From a virus (Duplodnaviria; Caudoviricetes): a stretch of DNA of 56,993 bases. The stretch lies in IMG/VR virus record IMGVR_UViG_3300030389_002895, positions 1-56,993 of that record. One strand, given 5' to 3'. The notes beneath the pieces are model-generated. The model saw nothing but the letters and a program-made list of their open reading frames with translations. It ran no database searches and was not told the DNA's origin. Made by a program: the position numbers and the translations under genes. Below, one piece after another: positions 19,345 through 27,439 of the stretch; the stretch's first letter is position 1; every line of letters starts with the position of its first letter.

Positions 19345-20820
19345 TCAATAATAGTTGTACTCTTTTGGTGGTCTATCTTCGTTATCGACATAATCAGAAT
19401 ATAGTTCCACAAAATTACCTTGTCTATATCGTAGCATAGCTTGTGTCATACTGTCCACATAGTCATCATTTGCACCATGAGGAAAAGCAGCACATTCATC
19501 TATTACATCATCTGCAAACTTTTCTCCATATGGAAACCATACAGCACCACTTTCAAACATTGGTGATACTGCATTTACTCTTGTAAATTTGTCATTACCT
19601 TTTGCAGGAACGAATGGTACAACAGGTATACCCATTCTTCTAAACTCTTGAGTCAATGGTTCTCCACTAGCTTTTTGTTCTATGATCACAGACTCTGGCT
19701 CCCAGTATCGGTAATGCTCTAACGCAACAGCTTTGAGTTCTGGAAAATCAAACTTGCCACGAAAAGCATCTAACAAAATTACTTGTGGTCCTCCACCCTC
19801 TTCTGGTAAAAAGACACCCCATGTTGTAATCGCACTATAGTCTGCTGTTTCTTTTTTACTAAATGCTGTATCATAACTTTGTATGACATGTACCAAATCA
19901 GGTATGCCATCTCTTTTCCAGGGCATCCACCATTCCCGTTTTATAATCGCACCTTCATCGGAAGTTGGTTCTTGCATGTATTGTGCTGACCAGTTTCTAA
20001 TTGGCACAGAAGACTTGATTGTTTCTAGTTCCTCTAAGTTCCAGTACTCAGGCCAGACTGGGTTGCCAGAAGGCAAAATAGCAGGAAAACTTATCTGGCG
20101 CCAGGAATCGGCTTTCGGTTCTGTTTGAGCCTTGAGTAATCTACCAGTTAAATCATCCTCAGCCCATCGTGTCATTACTAAAAGTATCGAGCCTCCAGGT
20201 TGTAATCTTTGTCTGGGTCCTGATGTGTACCAATCATATGCACGTTCCATAGCAACATCAGACATAGAATCTTGTTCCGTGTGTGGATCATCAATAATCA
20301 ATAAATCTGCACCACGACCCGTGATTGACGCACCAACACCAGCTGCATAATATTCTCCACCTTTGTTTGTTTCCCATCTACCTTTTGCTTTTGAGTCTTC
20401 TCTTAATTTAACATCCCCGAAAATTTGTTTGTACTCTGGTGAGTCTATGATGTTACGCACTTTACTCCCGAACCTTACTGCCAGTTCAGTATTATGAGAC
20501 ACTTGCATAATTTTCATTTTTGGATACTTACCAATAATCCAAGCAGGGAAGTACACGGATGCAAACTCAGACTTAGTATGTCTAGGAGGCATATTTATTA
20601 TGAGCCTCCCTTTTTTTTCTTTAGCTATGTCAGAAAATTCATTAGCTATAATCTGATGGTGTCCAAATTTTTTAGGATTATTAGTCTTACGATATATGAA
20701 ATCAGGCCATACCTCCTTAACAAAATATAAAAAATTGTCTTGGCAAAGCTGGACATGTTTAATCCAGAGCCTCTCTACTTCTAATCTTAATTTATCTGTA
20801 GTTAGATTTGTAGAGTCCAT
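19345..20820 (-). CDS. terL: Terminase large subunit
   Basis: MPPRHTKS Walker A variant, GRGADLLIIDDP Walker B, C-terminal nuclease DTA and DDYVDS motifs. Confidence 0.95.
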   Translation of the reverse strand: MDSTNLTTDKLRLEVERLWIKHVQLCQDNFLYFVKEVWPDFIYRKTNNPKKFGHHQIIANEFSDIAKEKKGRLIINMPPRHTKSEFASVYFPAWIIGKYPKMKIMQVSHNTELAVRFGSKVRNIIDSPEYKQIFGDVKLREDSKAKGRWETNKGGEYYAAGVGASITGRGADLLIIDDPHTEQDSMSDVAMERAYDWYTSGPRQRLQPGGSILLVMTRWAEDDLTGRLLKAQTEPKADSWRQISFPAILPSGNPVWPEYWNLEELETIKSSVPIRNWSAQYMQEPTSDEGAIIKREWWMPWKRDGIPDLVHVIQSYDTAFSKKETADYSAITTWGVFLPEEGGGPQVILLDAFRGKFDFPELKAVALEHYRYWEPESVIIEQKASGEPLTQEFRRMGIPVVPFVPAKGNDKFTRVNAVSPMFESGAVWFPYGEKFADDVIDECAAFPHGANDDYVDSMTQAMLRYRQGNFVELYSDYVDNEDRPPKEYNYY

Positions 20821-20955
20821 ATCGTTTCAGAATATTGTGCGTGTATAAAACTTGCACACTTTACTGTGTTTGTCAAGCACACCCCCTTGCCCTCTTCGGG
20901 AATTGGTAACCTGCAAAGCTACGGCAAATGTCAAAAGAGCCTTGTAAACAACGGC

Positions 20956-20998
20956 AAAAAAATGGGATTACCAACACAACGGCAATCCCATTAAAAAA
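20956..20998 (-). terminator. Rho-independent terminator closing the early module
   Basis: 12-bp stem AATGGGATTGCC/GGTAATCCCATT plus T run on minus strand. Confidence 0.8.
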
Positions 20999-21001
20999 GT
21001 A

Positions 21002-21280
21002 CTACCTCATATTACCATTTGTAGAAGTAATAATTTGTAATTCTGCTAATGCTTGATGTACTTGTTCTTTTAAATAATTTGTACTTTCTGCATTAGGATA
21101 ATTTACAAAGGTTTCTATAATTGCTTTTTCTAATGCAGTACAGATAAGCTGATAATTAATTTGCAATTTAGCTTGTTCAATATCCTCTGCATTACTATTT
21201 TGAATTATGTTTTCTCTAATTCTATCAATAGAAGTACCATTCACTAAATTATCTTTTAATAAAGAAATAATATCAGTCAT
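21002..21280 (-). CDS. Hypothetical early protein
   Basis: 92 aa, GGAGG RBS, TAATG coupling. Confidence 0.7.
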   Translation of the reverse strand: MTDIISLLKDNLVNGTSIDRIRENIIQNSNAEDIEQAKLQINYQLICTALEKAIIETFVNYPNAESTNYLKEQVHQALAELQIITSTNGNMR

Positions 21281-21612
21281 TAGTTTACCTCCTCAATATG
21301 TTGAGTATGTAAAGTAACAACAGGTCTATCCTTAATTAAATATTTTTCGTGTAATTGTGGATAATCTTTTTTAAATGATTTGACATCAAAATCATCTCTA
21401 GTTGTAACAGTCCTTTGAACATATCCTTTCCAACCTTTGATATTCTCTAAATGAATTTCATTAGTTTTAAGGTTATCAAGAATTGATAAAACAATCGCTT
21501 TCTTTTTTGCAAATGACTTATTATATTTTTTTCTCTCTTTATCATCAAGAGCTAAATCAATTACTAATTCGCAAATTGCTTTTCCGTCTAATTTAAGTTT
21601 TTTATCTTTCAA
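21280..21612 (-). CDS. Hypothetical early protein
   Basis: Probable TTG start 5 nt after ACCAATGGAGG; C-terminal FD.KSFKKDYP.L..KY motif. Confidence 0.65.
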   Translation of the reverse strand: MKDKKLKLDGKAICELVIDLALDDKERKKYNKSFAKKKAIVLSILDNLKTNEIHLENIKGWKGYVQRTVTTRDDFDVKSFKKDYPQLHEKYLIKDRPVVTLHTQHIEEVN

Positions 21613-21656
21613 TTTTTCCTCCATTGGTTTTTGATTAATAATTAAACTTATATATA

Positions 21657-21684
21657 AGTATAAGGATATTATCCGATATAGCAA
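21657..21684 (-). promoter_or_regulatory. Sigma70-like early promoter
   Basis: TTGCTA-16-TATACT upstream of ACCAATGGAGG RBS. Confidence 0.65.
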
Positions 21685-21892
21685 GGATTATTTTTATTAT
21701 TTTCAAATTTTTTTTTCATCACAAAACTATCCACAGCCTCGAAGACCACCTGGACAAAGTTCGCTGGCGCTTCTTTAATGGGAAGTGGGAAGTGGGATGC
21801 CCAAAACTCTGGTGTGGGAAATGGGAATCCCAGCCCGTGCGATCCGCGGCCAGCTGCGGCCCCTCCTCCGAGCAAAAATGAATCGCAATAAT

Positions 21893-21916
21893 GGGAAGTG
21901 GGAAGTGGGAAGTGGG
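21893..21916 (+). repeat. (GGGAAGT)3GGG tandem G-tract repeat
   Basis: Directly visible; related runs at 21780-21825, 22751-22765, 23360-23381 and 24070-24093. Confidence 0.9.
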
Positions 21917-21997
21917 CTAGGTGAAAAAATATAAAAGGGCAAGAGTGCAGACTAAATATAGTCCACACTCTATGAAGAAAGATAAGTAGGCTAACAA
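21917..21997 (-). CDS. Possible 26-aa hydrophobic peptide (MLAYLSFFIECGLYLVCTLALLYFFT)
   Basis: TTG start overlapping upstream stop, with GGAGG about 9 nt before; overlaps a 12-bp hairpin at 21943-21970. Confidence 0.4.
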   Translation of the reverse strand: MLAYLSFFIECGLYLVCTLALLYFFT

Positions 21998-22584
21998 ATT
22001 TGAAAGCCTCCAGATTCACGACAGAAACGCATAAAGTTAATTACATTTTCTTCTGAAAATGGATAACTTGCTTCCCAATCATATTGATTTTGTATATCCT
22101 CCCATTGTTGTTTAAATGGTTCTGGATATTTAACAGGTGCTAGTTTTTGTCCTGTCTTATCCCACACAATCTTTTCGAGTTCATTTCTTTTTTTCTCAAG
22201 AACTTTATTTTTTGCACTTGCTCGTTTCATCTTCTCTTGATAAAAACCCTCAACTGTTTTTACTCTTTTTGTTTTTAGTTCTTGCTCAAGTCTATCAGCA
22301 ATTTTTCTAGCTTGTTCTTCGCTTACTTCATAGCCGTCATTGTGATGCCAACTTTTTTGCTCATCTTCTGTGAACTCATTTCCCATTAACTGCAAAACAT
22401 AATTTGCTAATGGTCTCCACCACCATACATTATTTCTAAAGTAATGACCTGGATTTTCTGTCTCAAACTTTGCCCTTGCTTTAAAATATTCGTCTTTTTC
22501 TTTATCGGTTGGTTTTTTATCCCAATCAATACTTGGTTCTTCTCCTTTTAGTTTTGGATTTTGTCCGTATAAATCAAATCCCAT
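21991..22584 (-). CDS. Conserved early phage protein
   Basis: MGFD.YG, YFRNNVWWWRPL, F..ENV..F..F...SGGF.IC motifs; start corrected to ATG after RBS. Confidence 0.8.
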   Translation of the reverse strand: MGFDLYGQNPKLKGEEPSIDWDKKPTDKEKDEYFKARAKFETENPGHYFRNNVWWWRPLANYVLQLMGNEFTEDEQKSWHHNDGYEVSEEQARKIADRLEQELKTKRVKTVEGFYQEKMKRASAKNKVLEKKRNELEKIVWDKTGQKLAPVKYPEPFKQQWEDIQNQYDWEASYPFSEENVINFMRFCRESGGFQIC

Positions 22585-22613
22585 TTTTACCTCCATTGGT
22601 TAGTTAAAATTAA

Positions 22614-22641
22614 ATTATACTATATATAACGGATAATGCAA
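22614..22641 (-). promoter_or_regulatory. Sigma70-like early promoter
   Basis: TTGCAT-16-TATAAT. Confidence 0.75.
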
Positions 22642-22770
22642 ACTATTTTTTCATTCAAATGTAGGACAAACAAGAATGTGATTGAACCCAGCCCGTGCTG
22701 CGGCCCTGGCCAGCCAGCTTCCAAAAAGAAAAAAGTCCCCGTTCTATGATGGGAACGGGAACGGGATTTG

Positions 22771-23025
22771 TCAGCTTTGTTGTTTATCTACATCATTTTC
22801 AAGATAACTGTGCATAGCTCCAAGCAAGACCATTGTAGCAAAATTACAAGATGGTGCAGTATTATGTGCAAATTGAGTTATAAAGTATTGAGTACCGAAA
22901 ACAAAATTTGGAGCAGACACATCTTTAGACTTAAGTCTTTTTTTTAACTTCTCCATTTCTTCATTTACTATTTCTAATTGTTTCGGTGTAGATAGCTTTC
23001 TTTTTTTTATTTTACGCATCTTCAT
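22771..23025 (-). CDS. Hypothetical early protein
   Basis: 84 aa ORF coupled to upstream gene. Confidence 0.65.
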   Translation of the reverse strand: MKMRKIKKRKLSTPKQLEIVNEEMEKLKKRLKSKDVSAPNFVFGTQYFITQFAHNTAPSCNFATMVLLGAMHSYLENDVDKQQS

Positions 23026-23206
23026 CTACCTTCGGGAAATGATCAGGAGCTATTCCAAAGTTGTCGTAATACTTTTGGAGTCCTTCCTTGTCCACGATTT
23101 CGATACCCTCGTTTCCTTTTACTTTAATGTAACCTCTGTCTTCTAGGTCTTTCATTGCTTGTATGAACATAGGGTCCATCAACATTAATTTTGTTAAGTC
23201 GTCCAT
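23012..23206 (-). CDS. Hypothetical early protein
   Basis: Start corrected to ATG after CAATGGAGG. Confidence 0.7.
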   Translation of the reverse strand: MDDLTKLMLMDPMFIQAMKDLEDRGYIKVKGNEGIEIVDKEGLQKYYDNFGIAPDHFPKVDEDA

Positions 23207-23228
23207 TTTTTCCTCCATTGTTATTTAT

Positions 23229-23256
23229 ATAATACTATATTTAACGGATAAGTCAA
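23229..23256 (-). promoter_or_regulatory. Sigma70-like early promoter
   Basis: TTGACT-16-TATTAT. Confidence 0.7.
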
Positions 23257-23384
23257 ACCTTTTTTAACACACCTTCTTGTTTCCAGCTAGTGCAACTCCG
23301 TGCGATCCGCGGCCAGACGGCTGCTGGCCCATGTCAGGATGCCCTTTCATCAATAAAACGGGAACGGGAACGGGAAGTGGGACT

Positions 23385-23492
23385 CTAGAAAATTGCCCAT
23401 GCTAGTAAAAGCATGAGCACCAGGGCCACGTACCCTGTCAGCTTAGGAGCAAACAGGGCAGCGATAAAAACAAAAATTAAAAAGCCGACCAT
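23385..23492 (-). CDS. 35-aa membrane peptide (MVGFLIFVFIAALFAPKLTGYVALVLMLLLAWAIF), not in ORF track
   Basis: Manual translation; TAATG coupling to upstream gene; almost entirely hydrophobic. Confidence 0.65.
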   Translation of the reverse strand: MVGFLIFVFIAALFAPKLTGYVALVLMLLLAWAIF

Positions 23493-23776
23493 TAGAACTG
23501 CCTAATGAGTACACGACCCTCAGGTAAATTAGCCACCCACGTCTTGCCCTCTAAATCGTCAAAGGTTTTTATATTATTATAATCTTCTTTGAGCTTGTCG
23601 AATGTCTCATACTCTGCATAGTCACAGCAAAACGAAACTGGATCATACTCAATGTCCGAGTCCATCTCCTCCTCCCACTCGAAGATTTGCTCCCAAGCCT
23701 CATAGCTAAACTGCTTCCAGCGTGAGTGCTGCCGCACCTGCTCCAAAAAATTTTGTTTGTTTAAAGTTATTTTCAT
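23492..23776 (-). CDS. Acidic early protein
   Basis: QFSYEA...IF.W...E.DP..FCCDY.EY motif; start corrected to ATG after RBS. Confidence 0.75.
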   Translation of the reverse strand: MKITLNKQNFLEQVRQHSRWKQFSYEAWEQIFEWEEEMDSDIEYDPVSFCCDYAEYETFDKLKEDYNNIKTFDDLEGKTWVANLPEGRVLIRQF

Positions 23777-23801
23777 AATTCTCTCCATTGGTTATCCTTT
23801 A

Positions 23802-23830
23802 TATATATACAGGATTTTACAGGAAGTCAA
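23802..23830 (-). promoter_or_regulatory. Sigma70-like early promoter
   Basis: TTGACT-17-TATATA. Confidence 0.65.
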
Positions 23831-24006
23831 GCCCTGAAAAAAAATGCTGCCAGATCCACGCCTGGGAAGAAAACCCCAGAAACACGGCTTTTGAGCCAGC
23901 GACCATGCGCGCAGCCGGCGGGGACGCATCCTAGCTGGAATCCAGGAAATTAGGTAGTTTGTGGATGACAACGGGCACGGGGATTTGCAGCGCAGCCAGC
24001 CCAGGA

Positions 24007-24414
24007 TCATGCAGCACGGGCCTGTAGCCAGATTATAATCTCCTCAACGGGGGTGGGCATTTGGTTGGTGGGAACGGGAACGGGAACTCCGGGCTCACGA
24101 ATCTCGTATAGTTTGGCAGGTACGTGAAAGAGGGGCCAGTTCAAGATGTATGCAGCTCCACCAGCTTCTCTGTAGTTAAGATGCCAAGAGATTTGATATT
24201 TTGATATGTTCAAATTCTTAGCTTGATTAGCTTTCAACTCTAGCCAAAAAGATACACCTACATAACAACAATGAACATCAGGGATTCCGTTGATTGTAGA
24301 GCTTTCTATTTTAGTAAAATGTGCCTCAGATTTATCTTTTTGATACAGGTTAAGGTAATTCCAAATTTTTTTTTCAGTTAACCTTTTTAATTTTCTTTTT
24401 TTCTGGTGTGACAT
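24007..24414 (-). CDS. PD-(D/E)xK nuclease, VRR-NUC/Holliday junction resolvase-like
   Basis: IES...GIPDV...FWLELK...Q..WH motifs; start uncertain. Confidence 0.8.
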   Translation of the reverse strand: MSHQKKRKLKRLTEKKIWNYLNLYQKDKSEAHFTKIESSTINGIPDVHCCYVGVSFWLELKANQAKNLNISKYQISWHLNYREAGGAAYILNWPLFHVPAKLYEIREPGVPVPVPTNQMPTPVEEIIIWLQARAA

Positions 24415-24895
24415 CTATAATAGTACTCCCATCATCTATCTTTTTTTCTAATTCTTTTAATCTTTTTTCTAATTGTTCTCTACTCATACCTTCAAGAGTA
24501 CTATGTAAAACTTCTTTTTTTTCTACAAATTGTCCAGCTAATTGACCTGAACGAAACTCTGCTGCTATCGCACCTGTATACTGTCCTTTTGCTTCAGCAC
24601 CATCACGTAATCTTTCAAAAGTTTTATATCTTCTTAATTTATCTTTTTCATATTTTTCTTGTTCCTTACCAAGTTTGTGTTCAAGGTACCTACATACATG
24701 TGGGTTGTAATTTGGATTTGTAAGTTTACTAGCCATAACCATTGCAGCGTCTTTTGTTTTAGTTTTGTAACCAGCTTGTAACAACGCATCAGTTTTTGAT
24801 ATTTGTCCCCACTGGCTAACTAATATATCAATAAACTTTTTTTGCTTAACTGTTAAATCTTCAATTGTTCTTACTTGTTTACTTCGTTGTGGCAT
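24374..24895 (-). CDS. terS: Terminase small subunit (putative)
   Basis: LT.KQ.KF...A..AGY HTH-type N-terminus; AE..SGQ..G.F.EK C-terminus. Confidence 0.7.
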   Translation of the reverse strand: MPQRSKQVRTIEDLTVKQKKFIDILVSQWGQISKTDALLQAGYKTKTKDAAMVMASKLTNPNYNPHVCRYLEHKLGKEQEKYEKDKLRRYKTFERLRDGAEAKGQYTGAIAAEFRSGQLAGQFVEKKEVLHSTLEGMSREQLEKRLKELEKKIDDGSTIIDVTPEKKKIKKVN

Positions 24896-24955
24896 ATATA
24901 TCTCTATACAAAAAATATTTATTTTTTATTTTTTTCTGCAAAACAGTCCTCTCTT

Positions 24956-25046
24956 TTCCCAAAAAACAGGAAAAATTCCCAAAACTTTCCCAAAACTATT
25001 TCTCTGTAATACTATGTTTTCTCTTGTTTTTTCCATTTTCCCAAAA
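24956..25046 (+). repeat. Four TTCCCAAAA direct repeats in AT-rich intergenic DNA
   Basis: Copies start at 24956, 24976, 24987 and 25038. Confidence 0.8.
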
Positions 25047-25138
25047 CTTTTGCCTATTTTACACTTATGTTTTTAAAAAAAAGTTTGTATAGACATATAT
25101 AGTATTATAGTAAAATTATAAAAAAATACAAAATTTTA

Positions 25139-25167
25139 TTGACTTATCCTGTAAAATCTAATAATTT
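25139..25167 (+). promoter_or_regulatory. Plus-strand sigma70-like promoter with no downstream ORF
   Basis: TTGACT-17-TAATTT; spacer TATCCTGTAAAATC matches the promoters at 23802-23830 and 28065-28093. Confidence 0.65.
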
Positions 25168-25172
25168 AAATT

Positions 25173-25262
25173 AAGTTCGATTCACAAAATCGAGCCTCCA
25201 TTGGTGTGGGTATCTAATCTTACTCTTTTTTAACATACTGAATATAGTTCAGGTACCCACCA
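25173..25262 (+). ncRNA. Candidate anti-Shine-Dalgarno small RNA
   Basis: Promoter, 8-bp and 10-bp stems whose G-U pairs favour the plus strand, and single-stranded CCUCCAUUGGU between them. Confidence 0.55.
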
Positions 25263-25763
25263 TTAACTAACAATCACAGACACCAAAGCAACAGTAACAT
25301 AACAGTTACTTCCAAGAACAGCTTCTTTTCTACTTAATTTTAATTGTTTTTTCAAAGAACTTTTTTGAGAAACACTACAAGCTTTTTGCCATTTTTTTAA
25401 AAGTAAACTATATTTTTTCCATTTTACCTGACTTTGTTTAAAACGTATTTTATTTTTAAGTATAGCTTTTTTGTAAGCAGCTCTTACATCATCAGGATCT
25501 AACATAGCCCAATTACAAACCTGGTCAAAATCAGAACAAGCACTCATAATCCAGTTATGTGCAGCTCCTTTTAATACAGCAGACTTTCTGTCAACTCTTT
25601 CTATCATAGTATCTTCCAGGGCATTTATAACTACACCTCTCCACATATAATTTTCAGGCATCATATTATCGTGAGACAATAACATTCTTGAAAATCTATA
25701 TCCTAGTTTTTTTAAAAATTCTGTTGAGGGAGGTTGAAATTGTTGTTTAGTCGCCATTGACAA
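25263..25763 (-). CDS. Conserved hypothetical protein
   Basis: WRGV..NALED...A.NW......DF..VC..A.LDP motif. Confidence 0.7.
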   Translation of the reverse strand: MSMATKQQFQPPSTEFLKKLGYRFSRMLLSHDNMMPENYMWRGVVINALEDTMIERVDRKSAVLKGAAHNWIMSACSDFDQVCNWAMLDPDDVRAAYKKAILKNKIRFKQSQVKWKKYSLLLKKWQKACSVSQKSSLKKQLKLSRKEAVLGSNCYVTVALVSVIVS

Positions 25764-25977
25764 TCTTGAACTTTAAAATATTGTTTTTTCTTTTCCTTGT
25801 TCTAGGTTGAAAGATAGCATTGTCAAACTCAGCATCGTAGCCGTGATTGAATTCAAAATCATCTCTATATTTTAAAGAACGCATAACGCCAGTAACGTAG
25901 TTATAATCTTCATTGTTAAGATTATCCCTAAGTATTTCTAACGCTATGTAAAAATCTTTTTTGTTTCTGTCAGCCAT
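25747..25977 (-). CDS. Hypothetical protein
   Basis: 76 aa ORF with AGGA RBS. Confidence 0.6.
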   Translation of the reverse strand: MADRNKKDFYIALEILRDNLNNEDYNYVTGVMRSLKYRDDFEFNHGYDAEFDNAIFQPRTRKRKNNILKFKIVNGD

Positions 25978-26053
25978 AAATATCCTAATGATGATAACAA
26001 ATGATCCATGGCTCGTGTTTCTTGTATCTAATTTAACAAATCAAAATATTTTT

Positions 26054-26275
26054 TCAACCTCTAATACTATCCCCTTCTTCTTTAGACTTTTGTATCATCT
26101 GGTCTTTAAATTTTGTTACACCGACCCTTCTTTGTTTTGCTACAGATTCAATGTAATCGTTTATGAGCATAGTAAGTGTACCTGTAAATTTTCTTTGCTG
26201 CAGGAATGATACCCCACGTACTGCGTGATAATCATTTATGTTTAAAGTTATGCTCTTCCATTTAGTTTTGTCCAT
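26054..26275 (-). CDS. Putative ribbon-helix-helix-like DNA-binding protein
   Basis: MDKTKWKSITL beta-strand-like start then helices; AGGAGG RBS; fold is inferred. Confidence 0.5.
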   Translation of the reverse strand: MDKTKWKSITLNINDYHAVRGVSFLQQRKFTGTLTMLINDYIESVAKQRRVGVTKFKDQMIQKSKEEGDSIRG

Positions 26276-26289
26276 AATACCTCCTATAG

Positions 26290-27123
26290 TTAATCGTGAC
26301 AAAAACACACGTCATCAGACTTATCAAAATCAAATAAATCTAACTGGCTTTTACTTATATCCAACAGCGTTTTGTAATCTGCTCTATCGTGTCGAAAAAC
26401 AAAACCATCTTTAGATTTATCACCTAATTGTTTCTTTTCTTGGTCTATCCACCATTGTGCTTTCTCTGGATAGTTTTTCATTATATTCATAATGGTGTTC
26501 TTACCCTTCAAGAAACATAAATCACAATTACCAAGTGGTGTCTTACCTTTAATACCTGGTAATCGTAAATCAAAGTCACAGTTCTCCCAAAATTTTGCTA
26601 CATCTCTAACTGTTTTCTTTGCCCCATGTAGAGGTGCTTCACTCTCCCACCTCTCTTTATCTTTTGCTCTTAATAATCTAGCTACCCTATGTGGTTCATC
26701 ATAACGCAAACCAACATAGTTAAACCAGCTTTTGTGTCCTCTTGCCATCATAAATTCTTTCATAGGTCTTATCTTTAATTCTGATGTGCAATATCTTGTT
26801 ACTGGATTTGGTAAAAATTTTCTTTTGTTTATTAGTTTATCGTAAGGCTCCCCGTTTCGTGATGCGGAGTTATGGTTTACTTCTACAATCTTTTTCTCTT
26901 CATCCCACTCAATCCAATGGATTTTTACATCCCAGTTGACTGCACAATCACGTACAAAATCTAAAGTAGCATCCATTTCTTTACCGGTATTTGCAAAAAC
27001 TACATAGAGCTGCTCGGGTAGTTTGTCATCAAAATGGTCTAGTATTTCACGTAACATAAAGCCAGAGGTTCGCCCCCCTGAGAAACTTAATAGACCAGGT
27101 GTTCGTATGTTATATAAACTCAT
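26290..27123 (-). CDS. PAPS reductase-family (adenine nucleotide alpha hydrolase, PP-loop) protein
   Basis: SFSGGRTS, FANTGKE, RYCTSELK, VGLRYDE, GNCDLCFLKG and C-terminal CFCHD. Confidence 0.85.
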   Translation of the reverse strand: MSLYNIRTPGLLSFSGGRTSGFMLREILDHFDDKLPEQLYVVFANTGKEMDATLDFVRDCAVNWDVKIHWIEWDEEKKIVEVNHNSASRNGEPYDKLINKRKFLPNPVTRYCTSELKIRPMKEFMMARGHKSWFNYVGLRYDEPHRVARLLRAKDKERWESEAPLHGAKKTVRDVAKFWENCDFDLRLPGIKGKTPLGNCDLCFLKGKNTIMNIMKNYPEKAQWWIDQEKKQLGDKSKDGFVFRHDRADYKTLLDISKSQLDLFDFDKSDDVCFCHD

Positions 27124-27439
27124 CTTGTTTTTTTCTATAGATATACTCTATGTGACTAGTATCTTCTCTTATTTTTAACAGCACCATTTTTATTGCAGTT
27201 CTTCTGTCAAATAAATTATGTCTATTGCCTTCGCTATCATAAAAATTTATTTTTGTTATATTTCGTATGGTTCTTTTATAATCGTAAGCGGTACTTTTGT
27301 TACCTTTTTCATTAATACCACTTACGTTATCTAATTGGTAAGATAAGGCGTCAAACAGTTCTTCTTTAGTTTGACAACGCATACTAACAATTACCTCCCT
27401 CACCATGTATGAGATCCATTTCTTTTTGTGCCTCTTCAA
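27110..27439 (-). CDS. Hypothetical protein
   Basis: 109 aa ORF in operon; start uncertain. Confidence 0.55.
   Translation of the reverse strand: MKRHKKKWISYMVREVIVSMRCQTKEELFDALSYQLDNVSGINEKGNKSTAYDYKRTIRNITKINFYDSEGNRHNLFDRRTAIKMVLLKIREDTSHIEYIYRKKQDEFI

Noticed and set aside
21669-22019. 116-aa minus ORF with HFPLP repeats
   Set aside because: Translation of the G-tract and GC-rich repeats; runs over a promoter
23792-24010. 72-aa minus ORF over the GC-rich island
   Set aside because: Atypical composition and it overlaps the 23802-23830 promoter; cannot be fully excluded
21780-24093. CRISPR array, or KOPS/Chi sites
   Set aside because: No regular repeat-spacer period and no cas operon; GGGAAGTGGG and GGGAACGGG do not match KOPS GGGNAGGG or a Chi sequence I know
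24865-25092. 75-aa Phe-rich plus ORF
   Set aside because: Product of T-rich repeat DNA
25170-25205. Minus-strand gene using ACCAATGGAGG as RBS
   Set aside because: Only 4- or 11-codon frames follow; promoter and G-U pairs favour the plus strand
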